Of a stretch of 64,000 nucleotides of DNA, positions 1 to 10,991 are shown piece after piece. Each line of letters starts with the position of its first letter. The stretch's first letter is position 1. This DNA is from Lactobacillales bacterium. GTDB lineage: Bacteria; Bacillota_I; Bacilli_A; RF39; UBA660. The position numbers and the translations under genes were made by a program. Under the pieces are notes generated by a model. That model was not told where the DNA came from and did no database searches. It saw only the letters and a list, made by a program, of their open reading frames with translations. The DNA is taken from NCBI GenBank assembly GCA_015059545.1, contig SVAG01000001.1, positions 167,381-231,380 on the forward strand. The letters are read 5' to 3'.

Positions 1-468
1 TTGTTTGCTTTAGGTATTAGACACATAGGTAAAAAAACAGCCAAAATATTAGCTCTTAATTATAAAAATATAGATAATTTAATGAATGCAGAATATGAAG
101 ATTTAATTAAAATACCGGATATAGGAGATATTATTGCGGAATCTGTTTATAGTTTTTTCAAAGAAGAAAAAAATGTTAATCTAATTAATAAATTGAAAGA
201 ACTAGGATTAAATATGAACTATTTAGGTAATGAAACAATAGATGAAAATTTTAATAATAAGACGTTTGTATTAACGGGAACACTAGAAAAATTAACAAGA
301 GATGAAGCAACTATAGAAATTGAAAATAGAGGTGGAAAAGTAACAAGCAGTGTTACTAAAAAAACAGATTATGTAGTAGTAGGAGATAAACCAGGTAGTA
401 AATATGATAAAGCTTTAAAACTAAATATAGAAATATGGACAGAAGAACAATTATTAGAAAAACTATAA
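1..468 (+). CDS. ligA: NAD-dependent DNA ligase LigA, C-terminal fragment (5' end lies outside the window)
   Basis: The frame is open from base 1 to a TAA at 466-468. It has an HhH-like IPDIGDIIAESV and a BRCT-like KTFVLTGTL...GGKVTSSVTKKTDYVVVGDKPGSKYDKA, typical of the LigA C-terminus. Confidence 0.85.
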   Translation: MFALGIRHIGKKTAKILALNYKNIDNLMNAEYEDLIKIPDIGDIIAESVYSFFKEEKNVNLINKLKELGLNMNYLGNETIDENFNNKTFVLTGTLEKLTRDEATIEIENRGGKVTSSVTKKTDYVVVGDKPGSKYDKALKLNIEIWTEEQLLEKL

Positions 469-483
469 TTGTTTTTTTTATTA

Positions 484-514
484 TTGACTCTTACGTCAAC
501 GTAAGTGATATAGT
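484..514 (+). promoter_or_regulatory. Putative sigma-A promoter with a dyad operator in a long spacer (MerR-like geometry)
   Basis: TTGACT at 484-489 and an extended -10 TGATATAGT at 506-514 give a 19-nt spacer. The spacer contains the inverted repeat CTTACGT-CA-ACGTAAG at 490-505. Confidence 0.4.
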
Positions 515-535
515 TTATTTATCAGGAGGGATAAT

Positions 536-724
536 ATGGAAAAAAGAGATAAAATAATGCAATTATATGCTTTGAAAAATCAGATAATTGATTTAAAAAA
601 ACAACATTTAATAGAAGAAAGAGATAAAAAAATAGAAGAAAACTTTGAAAATTTATTAATTGGAACACCTAAAGTTAAGTCTTTAAAACGAAAAGTTTAC
701 ACAAAATGTCAAAAAAATGCTTAA
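536..724 (+). CDS. Hypothetical small basic coiled-coil protein (62 aa)
   Basis: ORF preceded by the RBS CAGGAGGG at 522-529. No recognisable family. Confidence 0.5.
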   Translation: MEKRDKIMQLYALKNQIIDLKKQHLIEERDKKIEENFENLLIGTPKVKSLKRKVYTKCQKNA

Positions 725-789
725 AATTAAAGAAAAAAGTTGGAAATAATGAATTTTATGGTAAAATATAAGATAGGAGGAATATAGTT

Positions 790-2364
<1,575 letters not shown>

Positions 2365-2379
2365 TAAAGGGGAATTAGT

Positions 2380-2619
2380 ATGGATATAAAGAATAAAATA
2401 ATTGAATTAGGTAATGGTGAAAAATATATCGTTGCAGATAGTATAGTTTATGCTGATAGAACATTTTTACTATTAGGAAAAGTGATACTAGAAACAGAAG
2501 ATGTAGAAGATATTCAAATATACGAACTAATTAATAATAGTATTGAGAAAGTTTTAGATGAAGAACTTGTAGAAAATTTAAATAAAATTTTTGCAATGAA
2601 TATTACAGAAATAAACTAG
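2380..2619 (+). CDS. Small acidic protein, possibly DUF1292-like (79 aa)
   Basis: ORF with the RBS AAGGGGA upstream. The pattern GNGEKYIV...RTFLLLGKV...EDIQIYEL resembles small DUF1292-type proteins, but the family call is tentative. Confidence 0.55.
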   Translation: MDIKNKIIELGNGEKYIVADSIVYADRTFLLLGKVILETEDVEDIQIYELINNSIEKVLDEELVENLNKIFAMNITEIN

Positions 2620-2639
2620 AAATAGTTTATTTTTTTTTG
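2611..2639 (+). terminator. Weak AT-rich hairpin plus T-run after the 79-aa ORF
   Basis: ATAAACTA (2611-2618) pairs with TAGTTTAT (2623-2630), followed by a run of 8 T. Confidence 0.35.
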
Positions 2640-2717
2640 TAAACAATTGTAAAATTTAATTTTAAATTAAAATAAAAATAATAATAAATGATATAATAAT
2701 CATAATGGAGGTATTGT

Positions 2718-4934
2718 ATGAAAGAATGGAATAATTTTAAAGAAGGAATTTGGTGTAATGAAATTGATGTTAAAAACTTTATTGATTTAAACTATACATA
2801 TTATGATTTAGATGAATCATTTTTAAGTGCACCTACTAATAAAACAAAAGAAGTATGGAATAAATGCACAGAATTATTAAAAGAAGAATTAAAATTAGGT
2901 GTACTTGATATAGATGTAGATAATGTATCAGGAATTAATAGTTTTGAAGCTGGGTACATTGATAAAGATAATGAAGTAATAGTAGGATTACAAACAGACA
3001 AGCCTTTAAAAAGAATGGTAAATCCATTTGGTGGGATAAGAATGGTTTATAATTCTTTAGAAGCTTATAATTATAAATTAAACGAAAATATAGATAAATA
3101 TTTTAGTAACTTTAGAAAAACACATAATGAAGGTGTATTTGATGCATATACAGACGAAATGAAACTAGCACGTAAAGTAGGATTACTTACTGGACTTCCA
3201 GATGCCTATGGTAGAGGAAGAATAATAGGTGATTATAGAAGAATTGCGTTATATGGTATTGACTATTTAATAGAAGAAAAAATAAAAGATAAAACTAAAA
3301 TAGTAGAAATGAATGAAGATGGTATTAAATTAAGAGAAGAAGTATCTATGCAAATAAAAGCGTTAGATGAAATGAAAAAAATGGCTTTAAAATATGGATA
3401 TGATATATCAAAACCAGCTAGTAATGCTAAAGAAGCAATTCAATGGTTATATTTTGGATATTTATCAGCTGTAAAAGAAAATAATGGAGCTGCTATGTCA
3501 TTAGGTAGAGTAGACTCATTTATTGATATTTATATAAAAAGAGATTTAGATAATGGATTATTAACAGAAGAAGAGGCACAGGAATTAATAGATCAATTTA
3601 TAATTAAATTAAGATTAGTAAGACATTTAAGAACTCCTGAATATGATACATTATTTACAGGAGATCCTACATGGGTAACATGCTCAATAGGAGGAATGGG
3701 TGAAAATAACCCATTAGTAACAAAGACTTCATATAGAATACTTCATACATTAACAAATTTAGATACATCACCAGAACCAAATATGACAGTGTTATGGAGT
3801 GATAAATTGCCTATTAATTTCAAAAAATATTGCGCTAAAATGAGTATTTTAACAGATGCTATTCAATATGAAAATGATGAATTAATGAGACCAATTCATG
3901 GGACTGATTATGCAATTGCATGTTGTGTATCAGCTATGACAGTAGGTAAACAAATGCAATACTTTGGAGCAAGATGTAATTTAGCAAAAGCACTTCTATA
4001 CTCAATAAATGGTGGTATTGATGAAATGAAAAATCTAAAAGTATTAGAAGTAGAAAAAATGGAAGATGAAATACTTGATTATGAAAAGGTTAAAAAGTCA
4101 TATTTTAAAGTACTAGAACATGTTGCAAAACTTTACTCAGACACAATGAATATAATTCATTACATGCATGATAAATATGCATATGAAGCAGGACAAATGG
4201 CTTTACATGATACTTATGTAGAAAGATTAATGGCTTATGGAGTAGCTGGACTTTCAGTTGCTACAGATTCATTATCAGCTATCAAATATGCTAAGGTAAA
4301 ACCAGTTAGAAATGAAGAAGGAATTACTATAGATTTTATAATAGATGGTGATTATCCAAAATATGGAAATGATGATGATAGAGTAGATTCAATTGCAAAA
4401 GAAATATTAGAAAAATTCTACTCTGAACTTTCAAAACATAAACCAATTAGAAATGCTATTCCAACACTTTCAGTACTTACAATAACATCAAATGTAGTAT
4501 ATGGTGAAAAAACAGGAGCAACTCCAGATGGAAGAAAAGCACATGTAGCATTCGCTCCTGGAGCTAATCCAATGCATGGAAGAGATGAAAATGGCGCAAT
4601 CGCATCATTAAATTCAGTTGCTAAATTAGATTATCAAAAATGCTGTAGAGATGGAATTTCAAATACATTTACAGTTATACCAAATGCATTAGGTAAAGAT
4701 TTAGAAAATCAAAAAAATAATTTAGTATCTTTATTAGATGGATACTTCACTAAAAAGGCTCATCATATTAACGTAAATGTTCTAAATAGAGAGATGCTAA
4801 TAGATGCTATGAATAATCCGGATAAATATCCACTACTTACAATAAGAGTATCTGGATATGCAGTAAGATTTAATAGACTTACAAAAACACAACAACAAGA
4901 AGTAATAGATAGGACATTCCATGAAAAATTATAG
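2718..4934 (+). CDS. pflB: Formate C-acetyltransferase (pyruvate formate-lyase), glycyl-radical enzyme
   Basis: 738 aa. Active-site AIACCVSAM Cys-Cys pair, C-terminal glycyl-radical motif [11 protein letters not shown], and full-length PFL-like sequence. Confidence 0.95.
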   Translation: MKEWNNFKEGIWCNEIDVKNFIDLNYTYYDLDESFLSAPTNKTKEVWNKCTELLKEELKLGVLDIDVDNVSGINSFEAGYIDKDNEVIVGLQTDKPLKRMVNPFGGIRMVYNSLEAYNYKLNENIDKYFSNFRKTHNEGVFDAYTDEMKLARKVGLLTGLPDAYGRGRIIGDYRRIALYGIDYLIEEKIKDKTKIVEMNEDGIKLREEVSMQIKALDEMKKMALKYGYDISKPASNAKEAIQWLYFGYLSAVKENNGAAMSLGRVDSFIDIYIKRDLDNGLLTEEEAQELIDQFIIKLRLVRHLRTPEYDTLFTGDPTWVTCSIGGMGENNPLVTKTSYRILHTLTNLDTSPEPNMTVLWSDKLPINFKKYCAKMSILTDAIQYENDELMRPIHGTDYAIACCVSAMTVGKQMQYFGARCNLAKALLYSINGGIDEMKNLKVLEVEKMEDEILDYEKVKKSYFKVLEHVAKLYSDTMNIIHYMHDKYAYEAGQMALHDTYVERLMAYGVAGLSVATDSLSAIKYAKVKPVRNEEGITIDFIIDGDYPKYGNDDDRVDSIAKEILEKFYSELSKHKPIRNAIPTLSVLTITSNVVYGEKTGATPDGRKAHVAFAPGANPMHGRDENGAIASLNSVAKLDYQKCCRDGISNTFTVIPNALGKDLENQKNNLVSLLDGYFTKKAHHINVNVLNREMLIDAMNNPDKYPLLTIRVSGYAVRFNRLTKTQQQEVIDRTFHEKL

Positions 4935-5631
4935 TGCTAGTATAGACTCAATAGAATCATTTTCAACCAAAGATGGACCAGGCGTTAGAACTGTTATCTT
5001 CTTTAATGGGTGCAAATTAAGATGTTTATTTTGTCATAATCCAGAAACATGGACAAGAAAAGAAGATAATACAAAAGTAAAAGAATTATATGAAAAAATA
5101 ATTAAATTTAAACCATATTTTGGAGATAAAGGTGGAGTAACCTTTTCAGGTGGAGAACCACTTTTACATAGTGAATTTATAATAGAATTATCTAAATTAT
5201 TAAAAAAAGATAATATAAATATAGCTTTAGATACAGCTGGAGTAGGTAACTCTAATTATTTAGAATTGCTTGAATATATTGATTTAGTAATTTTAGATAT
5301 AAAAGATTATAGAGAAGATGGTTATAAAAAAATGACTGGTCTTGATATGGAAAAATTTAAAGAATTTTTAAACCTGATTCAAAAATTAAATAAAAAAATA
5401 TGGATAAGACAAGTTATAGTACCAGGAATAAATGATAATAAAGAATATATATTAGGTTTAAAACAATATATAAAAAATATTAAAAATATAGAAAATATAG
5501 AATTACTTCCATATCATACTATGGCAATAGATAAATATAAAAAATTAAATATAGATTATATTTTAAAAGATACTAAAGATATGGATATTAATAAATGTTT
5601 AGAATTAGAAAAAATTCTAAAGGAGGATTAA
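4921..5631 (+). CDS. pflA: Pyruvate formate-lyase activating enzyme (radical SAM)
   Basis: 236 aa with the [14 protein letters not shown] CxxxCxxC cluster motif. It overlaps the pflB 3' end by 14 nt, the classic pflBA arrangement. Confidence 0.93.
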   Translation: MKNYSASIDSIESFSTKDGPGVRTVIFFNGCKLRCLFCHNPETWTRKEDNTKVKELYEKIIKFKPYFGDKGGVTFSGGEPLLHSEFIIELSKLLKKDNINIALDTAGVGNSNYLELLEYIDLVILDIKDYREDGYKKMTGLDMEKFKEFLNLIQKLNKKIWIRQVIVPGINDNKEYILGLKQYIKNIKNIENIELLPYHTMAIDKYKKLNIDYILKDTKDMDINKCLELEKILKED

Positions 5632-5632
5632 T

Positions 5633-6481
5633 GTGGAGAATATTGAAAATCAAAAAATAGAAGAATATTTAGCAAAACTTCAATCAATGAAACAACAGGA
5701 TTTTATTGATGAAACAAAGCAAATAAAAAATAAAATATCTAATAAAATGGCATATTTCATTTGTGATGAAGTTAATAGAGTTTACAATACAAAATCATTT
5801 AATCCAGAAAAATTTAATGAATTAATATCTTTTTCATTAGAAACGTTAATTGATAAATATATAAAAGAACTAACTATTGATTTAGAACAGTTACCTGAAG
5901 ATGATATAAAAAGAAAACGTCAAGTCCAATATGAAAATATAATAACTGAAATAACTAATAAAATAATAACAGATGTAAATACTCATATAAAATTTAAAGA
6001 AGCATTAACAAATTTAAATTATGGTAGAGGTTATCATAATGTGGCTAATGCAAATCAAATCAAAAAATTAGACGATCTTGAGATGTTTATAAGGCAATGT
6101 GTTAAAAAAAATACTATACAATTAAACGAAATGGTTGATGAAATGTATAATACAGTATTAATGGAATATGAAAGAAGAAAACAAGAATTCTTTACTAATA
6201 TTTCAATGACTAAAATGGAAACTATGTCACCAAACGAGGCTGCCTTTATAGAAGGTCCAAGCAGAGCGTTAGATCCAAATGTGATCTTTGGTGAACCAGT
6301 AGTATCACAAAATGAAGCAGCATTTATAGAAGGTCCAAGCAGAACGTTAGATCCAAATGCGATATTTGGTGAACCAACAGTAACACCTCAAGAACATTCA
6401 TCTATTAAAGATTTACCAGCATTAGATCCGAATTGTATATTTGAAGAATATGAGTCAGAAAATGCAAAAAGATTTAAATAA
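5633..6481 (+). CDS. Hypothetical protein with a C-terminal repeated (E)AAFIEGPSRxLDPNxIFGEP motif (282 aa)
   Basis: GTG start 6 nt after the AGGAGG at 5621-5626. No family recognised. The internal peptide repeat occurs twice in full plus a third partial copy. Confidence 0.6.
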   Translation: MENIENQKIEEYLAKLQSMKQQDFIDETKQIKNKISNKMAYFICDEVNRVYNTKSFNPEKFNELISFSLETLIDKYIKELTIDLEQLPEDDIKRKRQVQYENIITEITNKIITDVNTHIKFKEALTNLNYGRGYHNVANANQIKKLDDLEMFIRQCVKKNTIQLNEMVDEMYNTVLMEYERRKQEFFTNISMTKMETMSPNEAAFIEGPSRALDPNVIFGEPVVSQNEAAFIEGPSRTLDPNAIFGEPTVTPQEHSSIKDLPALDPNCIFEEYESENAKRFK

Positions 6482-6509
6482 AAAAAGTACATTTAATAAT
6501 GTACTTTTT
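6482..6509. terminator. Bidirectional intrinsic terminator between convergent genes
   Basis: AAAAAGTACATT (6482-6493) and AATGTACTTTTT (6498-6509) form a perfect 12-bp stem with a 4-nt loop. A/T runs flank both sides. Confidence 0.65.
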
Positions 6510-6510
6510 A

Positions 6511-7326
6511 TTATAGGAATATTAATATTAAAGTTCCAACTACTAAACAATAGTAAACAAAATAAATAAGTTTTCCTTTAGTTACTAAATTTCTAAACCA
6601 TTTAGTACCAATGTAAGTAAATATAAATGCAAATATCATACTAGTTAAATATAAACAAATCATATTTACACTTAAATTAGCATCTATTAAATCTTTAATA
6701 CCTAACATTGTAGTTGCTATACTAATTGGAATATATAATATAAATGAAAAATCAAATGCTGTATCTCTTTTAAATTTTCTAAACATTCCTGCAACTATAG
6801 TAGAACCACTTCTACTAATACCAGGGATTAATGCAACCACTTGGAATAATCCAACAACAATTGCATCTTTAAATGTTATTTTATTACTATCTTTACTACC
6901 TTTAAAATTTCTAATTAAGAATAAGAATAGAGCAGTAATAAGTAAAGTAACACCTACAAATTTAACATTTTCTTCTAAAAAATCAAATATTCCTAATTTA
7001 GTAACAATAAGTCCCATAATACCTGCTGGTATAGTAGCTATAACAACATACCAACAATATTTATAATTATTATAATCCTTTTTATCTTTGTTTTTTAAAT
7101 ATCCAAAGAATGATTTAACAAGTTCAATAATTCTATTTTTGAATATTAAACATATAGCTAAGAAGCTACCTAAATTAGTAATAGTAGCAAGTATACCAAA
7201 ATCAATATTTTCAATACCACCAACTAATTTTTGAAATACTAGTAAATGTCCACTAGAAGATACAGGAATTGGTTCTGTAATACCTTGTATTATTCCTAAA
7301 AATATAAATCTTAATAAATCTAACAT
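6511..7326 (-). CDS. uppP: Undecaprenyl-diphosphate phosphatase (BacA/UppP)
   Basis: 271 aa polytopic membrane protein with the UppP motifs EPIPVSSSGHL and PGISRSGSTI. Confidence 0.9.
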   Translation of the reverse strand: MLDLLRFIFLGIIQGITEPIPVSSSGHLLVFQKLVGGIENIDFGILATITNLGSFLAICLIFKNRIIELVKSFFGYLKNKDKKDYNNYKYCWYVVIATIPAGIMGLIVTKLGIFDFLEENVKFVGVTLLITALFLFLIRNFKGSKDSNKITFKDAIVVGLFQVVALIPGISRSGSTIVAGMFRKFKRDTAFDFSFILYIPISIATTMLGIKDLIDANLSVNMICLYLTSMIFAFIFTYIGTKWFRNLVTKGKLIYFVYYCLVVGTLILIFL

Positions 7327-7407
7327 ATAATCACCTTAATACATTATACACTAAAAAAATATTTTAATAAATAAAAAAGTAATAAATAAAATTAAATAGG
7401 TGATAGA

Positions 7408-7632
7408 ATGTATCAAAAAACATTTTTATTTTTGATAGGATTTGGACTTACAGTAATTGGTCTTATTTATATAATAAGTTATTTAAATTTACTTACAATT
7501 GGGTATAATTTTTTATATTATGTAAATTTTATTATTAGAAGAATTGAATGTTTATATGCACCAATAGGATTAATATTAATTTTTATATCCATTAATATAG
7601 AAAGAGGAGAAAATTATGACTTACATATATGA
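7408..7632 (+). CDS. Small hydrophobic membrane protein (74 aa)
   Basis: RBS AGGTGA upstream and two to three predicted TM segments. Confidence 0.45.
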   Translation: MYQKTFLFLIGFGLTVIGLIYIISYLNLLTIGYNFLYYVNFIIRRIECLYAPIGLILIFISINIERGENYDLHI

Positions 7633-8242
7633 TATACTTTTAAATTTTAAAGATGAATTAATTGAATTTTATGATTGGAATAAGAATGATAATATAATGC
7701 ACATAAGAAAAATACCACTTTTTAAAATAACATCTAAGGATTTATATAATATAAAAAATAACAATATTAAATTTGAATATAATTTTTTAGAAAAGATAAA
7801 AAATAAAACAGAATTATTTACACCTAAATTAATAAAAAAAATAGAATATATGTTTCTCTTAAGTGATGGAAACACTGTATTAGCAATATTAAAACAAGAC
7901 AAAAAAATAAAAAAGAGTTTTTTACTTGTAGATGAAGAATTAGATACAGTAGAAGAAGTGAAATTACTTGATTATATAGATATAGAATATAAAATTATAG
8001 AGAAAGAAAAAATATCTGAATTAAAAACTAGAAAACAAAAAGAAATAGAAAAATTTATAATAAAAGAAATAAATAAAATAAAAAATGAAGAAGAAAAACT
8101 AAAATATATATATTATGAATGTTTTAATAAAAAAGAAACAAATATAGAAAAAATAATATATAAAATAAAAGAAGGAATAAGTGATGTAAATATAAATAAA
8201 AAACTATATAATTTTTTTAAACTAATAGAAGTTCATAAATAA
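7616..8242 (+). CDS. Hypothetical K/E-rich protein (208 aa)
   Basis: ORF overlapping the preceding gene by 17 nt, with the RBS GAGGAG upstream. No family recognised. Confidence 0.5.
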   Translation: MTYIYDILLNFKDELIEFYDWNKNDNIMHIRKIPLFKITSKDLYNIKNNNIKFEYNFLEKIKNKTELFTPKLIKKIEYMFLLSDGNTVLAILKQDKKIKKSFLLVDEELDTVEEVKLLDYIDIEYKIIEKEKISELKTRKQKEIEKFIIKEINKIKNEEEKLKYIYYECFNKKETNIEKIIYKIKEGISDVNINKKLYNFFKLIEVHK

Positions 8243-8289
8243 TGAATAAAAAATAAATTCTTGTTAATAATACTAACAAGGAGGAATTT

Positions 8290-8844
8290 ATGAAAAAAAT
8301 AGGTATATTTTTATTAGGATTATTTTTAATAACAGGATGTTCATGTGGTAATACAAAATTAACAATGGATACACCAACAAAAAAAGTAGAAAATTTCTTT
8401 TCAAATTATCAAACTTTAAATAGTGATGTATTAACTCAATTAGATGATGTGGTTGCTAAAGAAACAGATTTTACAGAAGAGCAAAGAAATGAATATAAAG
8501 AATTAATAAAAGATCATTATAAAAATCTAAAATATGAGATAAAAGATGAGGTAATTGATGGAGATAATGCTACTGTTACAGTTGAAATAGAAGTAACAGA
8601 TTATTCAAAAATAATGACTGATGCAGATGCATATTTAAATGAAAATCCAAATGAATTTAATGATGCACAAGGTGTATATGATGTTACCTTATTTACAAAG
8701 TATAGATTAGAAAAATTAAAAGAAGCAAAAGATAAAGTAAAATATACTCTTAATCTAACACTTACAAAAGTAGATGATGATTGGGCATTAGATGCACTAT
8801 CTGATACAGATGAAAGTAAAATTCATGGTATGTATGTTTATTAA
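8290..8844 (+). CDS. Lipoprotein, unknown function (184 aa)
   Basis: RBS AAGGAGG. Signal peptide with the lipobox LITGC. Confidence 0.65.
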   Translation: MKKIGIFLLGLFLITGCSCGNTKLTMDTPTKKVENFFSNYQTLNSDVLTQLDDVVAKETDFTEEQRNEYKELIKDHYKNLKYEIKDEVIDGDNATVTVEIEVTDYSKIMTDADAYLNENPNEFNDAQGVYDVTLFTKYRLEKLKEAKDKVKYTLNLTLTKVDDDWALDALSDTDESKIHGMYVY

Positions 8845-8868
8845 AAAGATTAATATAATCTTTTTTTT
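8844..8868 (+). terminator. Intrinsic terminator
   Basis: AAAAGATTA (8844-8852) pairs with TAATCTTTT (8856-8864), followed by a T-run. Confidence 0.45.
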
Positions 8869-8912
8869 ATTGTCGAATTATAGTATAATGTATAAGGATA
8901 GTAGGTGATTAT

Positions 8913-10208
8913 ATGAAAAAGAAATTTATATTTTTAATTATTTTAGTAGTATTAATACCTACTCTTTATCTTAATATAAATAAAAATAATATAAACACTA
9001 CTATTAAATCTAAAGATAAATTAATAACAAATAATGAACTTAAAATATTAGAAAAATATGATTATATAAGTGGATACACATGTAAAAAAGTAACAGTTGT
9101 TAATGAACAAGGAGTTTTACAAGGAAAATATAATTTAGAAGATTATGTAGCAGGAGTAGTATCAGGAGAAACACATGTTTTAAATGATGCAACAACATTT
9201 GAGGCTTTATCAGTAGCTGCTAGGACATATGCTTTATATATTACAAGTAATTGTAAATATCCAATAATAAATAGTGAAAAAAATCAAGTTATGGATGATC
9301 CTAAAATAGTATCAAACAAAATAAAAAATGCTGTTTTAAAAACAAAAGGACAAGTACTTACATATAATGGAAAATTAATAAAATCAGAATATGATTCGTT
9401 TTATAGAGGAAATGGATTTTATTGTACTCGTAAATATTGTTATAGTACATATTTAAAAATAGGAAAAAGTAATCCAAAAAAACATAAAATAAAAGTTCCT
9501 GCAACATGGGTAAATGATTTAGCAGGAGGACATGGTAAAGGACTAAGTCAATATGGTGCTAAATATTTATCTAGTAAAGGTTATAATTATAAACAAATAC
9601 TAAATTATTTCTATGCTGATGGTGTAAAAATAAGTACCATAACAAAACCTAATATAAGTGGTTTAGAAATAGATAAAGAAGGATTTATAACAAGAAAAAC
9701 AAGACCACTTAGAAATAATCCATATTATTATATTAATGGAAAGGTAAATACAAACACTAAAGAAGGAGAATCAATTTGGTATGCAACAGGAAGAGCTAAT
9801 GAAATATTAAAATCACTTGGAAGTACAAAGAGATTATCTTATCTAAAAGATTCAAATAGTTATTGTAGTATAAATAATTTTGAAAAATCTACTGATTATA
9901 CATTACCTAAAAAAGGATCTATAATCAGTTGGGGGAAACATTTAGCAATAATAGAAAATGTTTATGAAGATTCAGTAGATATAACAGAATCATATATAGG
10001 ATTAGGTTATTATGGAGTAGAATTTGCTAATGAATATTTAAATGAAACAGGTAAATATTATAATAGTAAAACAAATATAAATGATAGAAAATATAATTGT
10101 GAACAAAATAAATCTGGATGTTTCAAAAGAACAGAAAATATAAGTATAGAAGAATTAAAAAATAGATGGGGATATGAATTTCAATGTTACGTATATTTAA
10201 CAAAATAA
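8913..10208 (+). CDS. Membrane-anchored SpoIID/LytB-family protein with an extra C-terminal CHAP-like domain (431 aa)
   Basis: N-terminal TM segment. SpoIID-family strings LEDYVAGVVSGE...EALSVAARTYALY, KGQVLTYNGKLI and GHGKGLSQYGAKYLSSKGYNYKQILNYFY. The C-terminal roughly 180 aa resemble CHAP (SIWYATGRA...GSIISWGKHLAIIENV), but Ser replaces the usual nucleophile Cys. Confidence 0.7.
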   Translation: MKKKFIFLIILVVLIPTLYLNINKNNINTTIKSKDKLITNNELKILEKYDYISGYTCKKVTVVNEQGVLQGKYNLEDYVAGVVSGETHVLNDATTFEALSVAARTYALYITSNCKYPIINSEKNQVMDDPKIVSNKIKNAVLKTKGQVLTYNGKLIKSEYDSFYRGNGFYCTRKYCYSTYLKIGKSNPKKHKIKVPATWVNDLAGGHGKGLSQYGAKYLSSKGYNYKQILNYFYADGVKISTITKPNISGLEIDKEGFITRKTRPLRNNPYYYINGKVNTNTKEGESIWYATGRANEILKSLGSTKRLSYLKDSNSYCSINNFEKSTDYTLPKKGSIISWGKHLAIIENVYEDSVDITESYIGLGYYGVEFANEYLNETGKYYNSKTNINDRKYNCEQNKSGCFKRTENISIEELKNRWGYEFQCYVYLTK

Positions 10209-10924
10209 AAAAAATATTATTATTGTTTATAATAATATTACTAACAGGTTGTGAAGCTGAATATAATATAGAAATAAATAATAATGTAAATTTAAAAGAA
10301 ATAATAAATGTTGTAGAAACTGATCAAAATTTATTTAATAAAAAGAATTCACAATTATATAATAGAACTCCAGAAGAATATTTAGAAACTAATCTAAAAT
10401 GGCCAACTCCTGTATATAACAGTGGTGAAGTTAATCCATATGAACCAGTAAAATTAGAAAATACATATTATTATACTAAAACAAATATCTCAAATTATAA
10501 GCAATTAGGTTTAAGTTATAGTTTTAATCATAGTCAAAATAAATATAAAGAAACTGATTTAGTTAATAAATGTTATGACATAAAATACATTAAAAATAAT
10601 AATACTATCTCAATAGAAACAATAAGTGGATTTAAATGTTTTGATGACTACAAATTACTAGATAAAGTAACAATTAATTTAAATACAACGTGTAATGTAA
10701 ATATAGAAAATTCAGATAAAAAAGAAAACAATAAATATACTTGGTACATAACAAAAGAAAACTATAATAAACAAATAAAATTTGAAATAGAATGTAAAAA
10801 AGAAACTGAGAGTGAGAAAAAACAAAATATTACATTAACATTAATTGTTTTTGGATATTTGACTATAATAGGTGTAATATTAATTATAGTAAGAATACTT
10901 AATATTAAAAATAATAAATTATAA
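10184..10924 (+). CDS. Lipoprotein with a C-terminal TM anchor, paralog of the two T4SS-locus lipoproteins (246 aa)
   Basis: Lipobox LLTGC followed by EAEYNIEI. The NKYTWYITKEN motif and the C-terminal TM match the ORFs at 45040 and 45760. It overlaps the upstream hydrolase gene by 25 nt. Confidence 0.6.
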   Translation: MLRIFNKIKKILLLFIIILLTGCEAEYNIEINNNVNLKEIINVVETDQNLFNKKNSQLYNRTPEEYLETNLKWPTPVYNSGEVNPYEPVKLENTYYYTKTNISNYKQLGLSYSFNHSQNKYKETDLVNKCYDIKYIKNNNTISIETISGFKCFDDYKLLDKVTINLNTTCNVNIENSDKKENNKYTWYITKENYNKQIKFEIECKKETESEKKQNITLTLIVFGYLTIIGVILIIVRILNIKNNKL

Positions 10925-10947
10925 AAACTTCATTATGAAGTTTTTTT
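10924..10947 (+). terminator. Intrinsic terminator
   Basis: AAAACTTC (10924-10931) pairs with GAAGTTTT (10937-10944), followed by a T-run. Confidence 0.5.
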
Positions 10948-10991
10948 GTTATATTCTTGTCCTATTTTCATAAAATTATATAGGTGATAGA

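Noticed and set aside
2637-2660. Direct repeat TTGTAAA-CAA-TTGTAAA upstream of pflB as a cre (CcpA) or Rex operator
   Set aside because: The best alignment to the cre consensus (TGWAANCGNTNWCA) has about 3 mismatches, including the central CG. It does not fit the Rex inverted-repeat consensus. In this AT-rich DNA such a repeat is easily due to chance.
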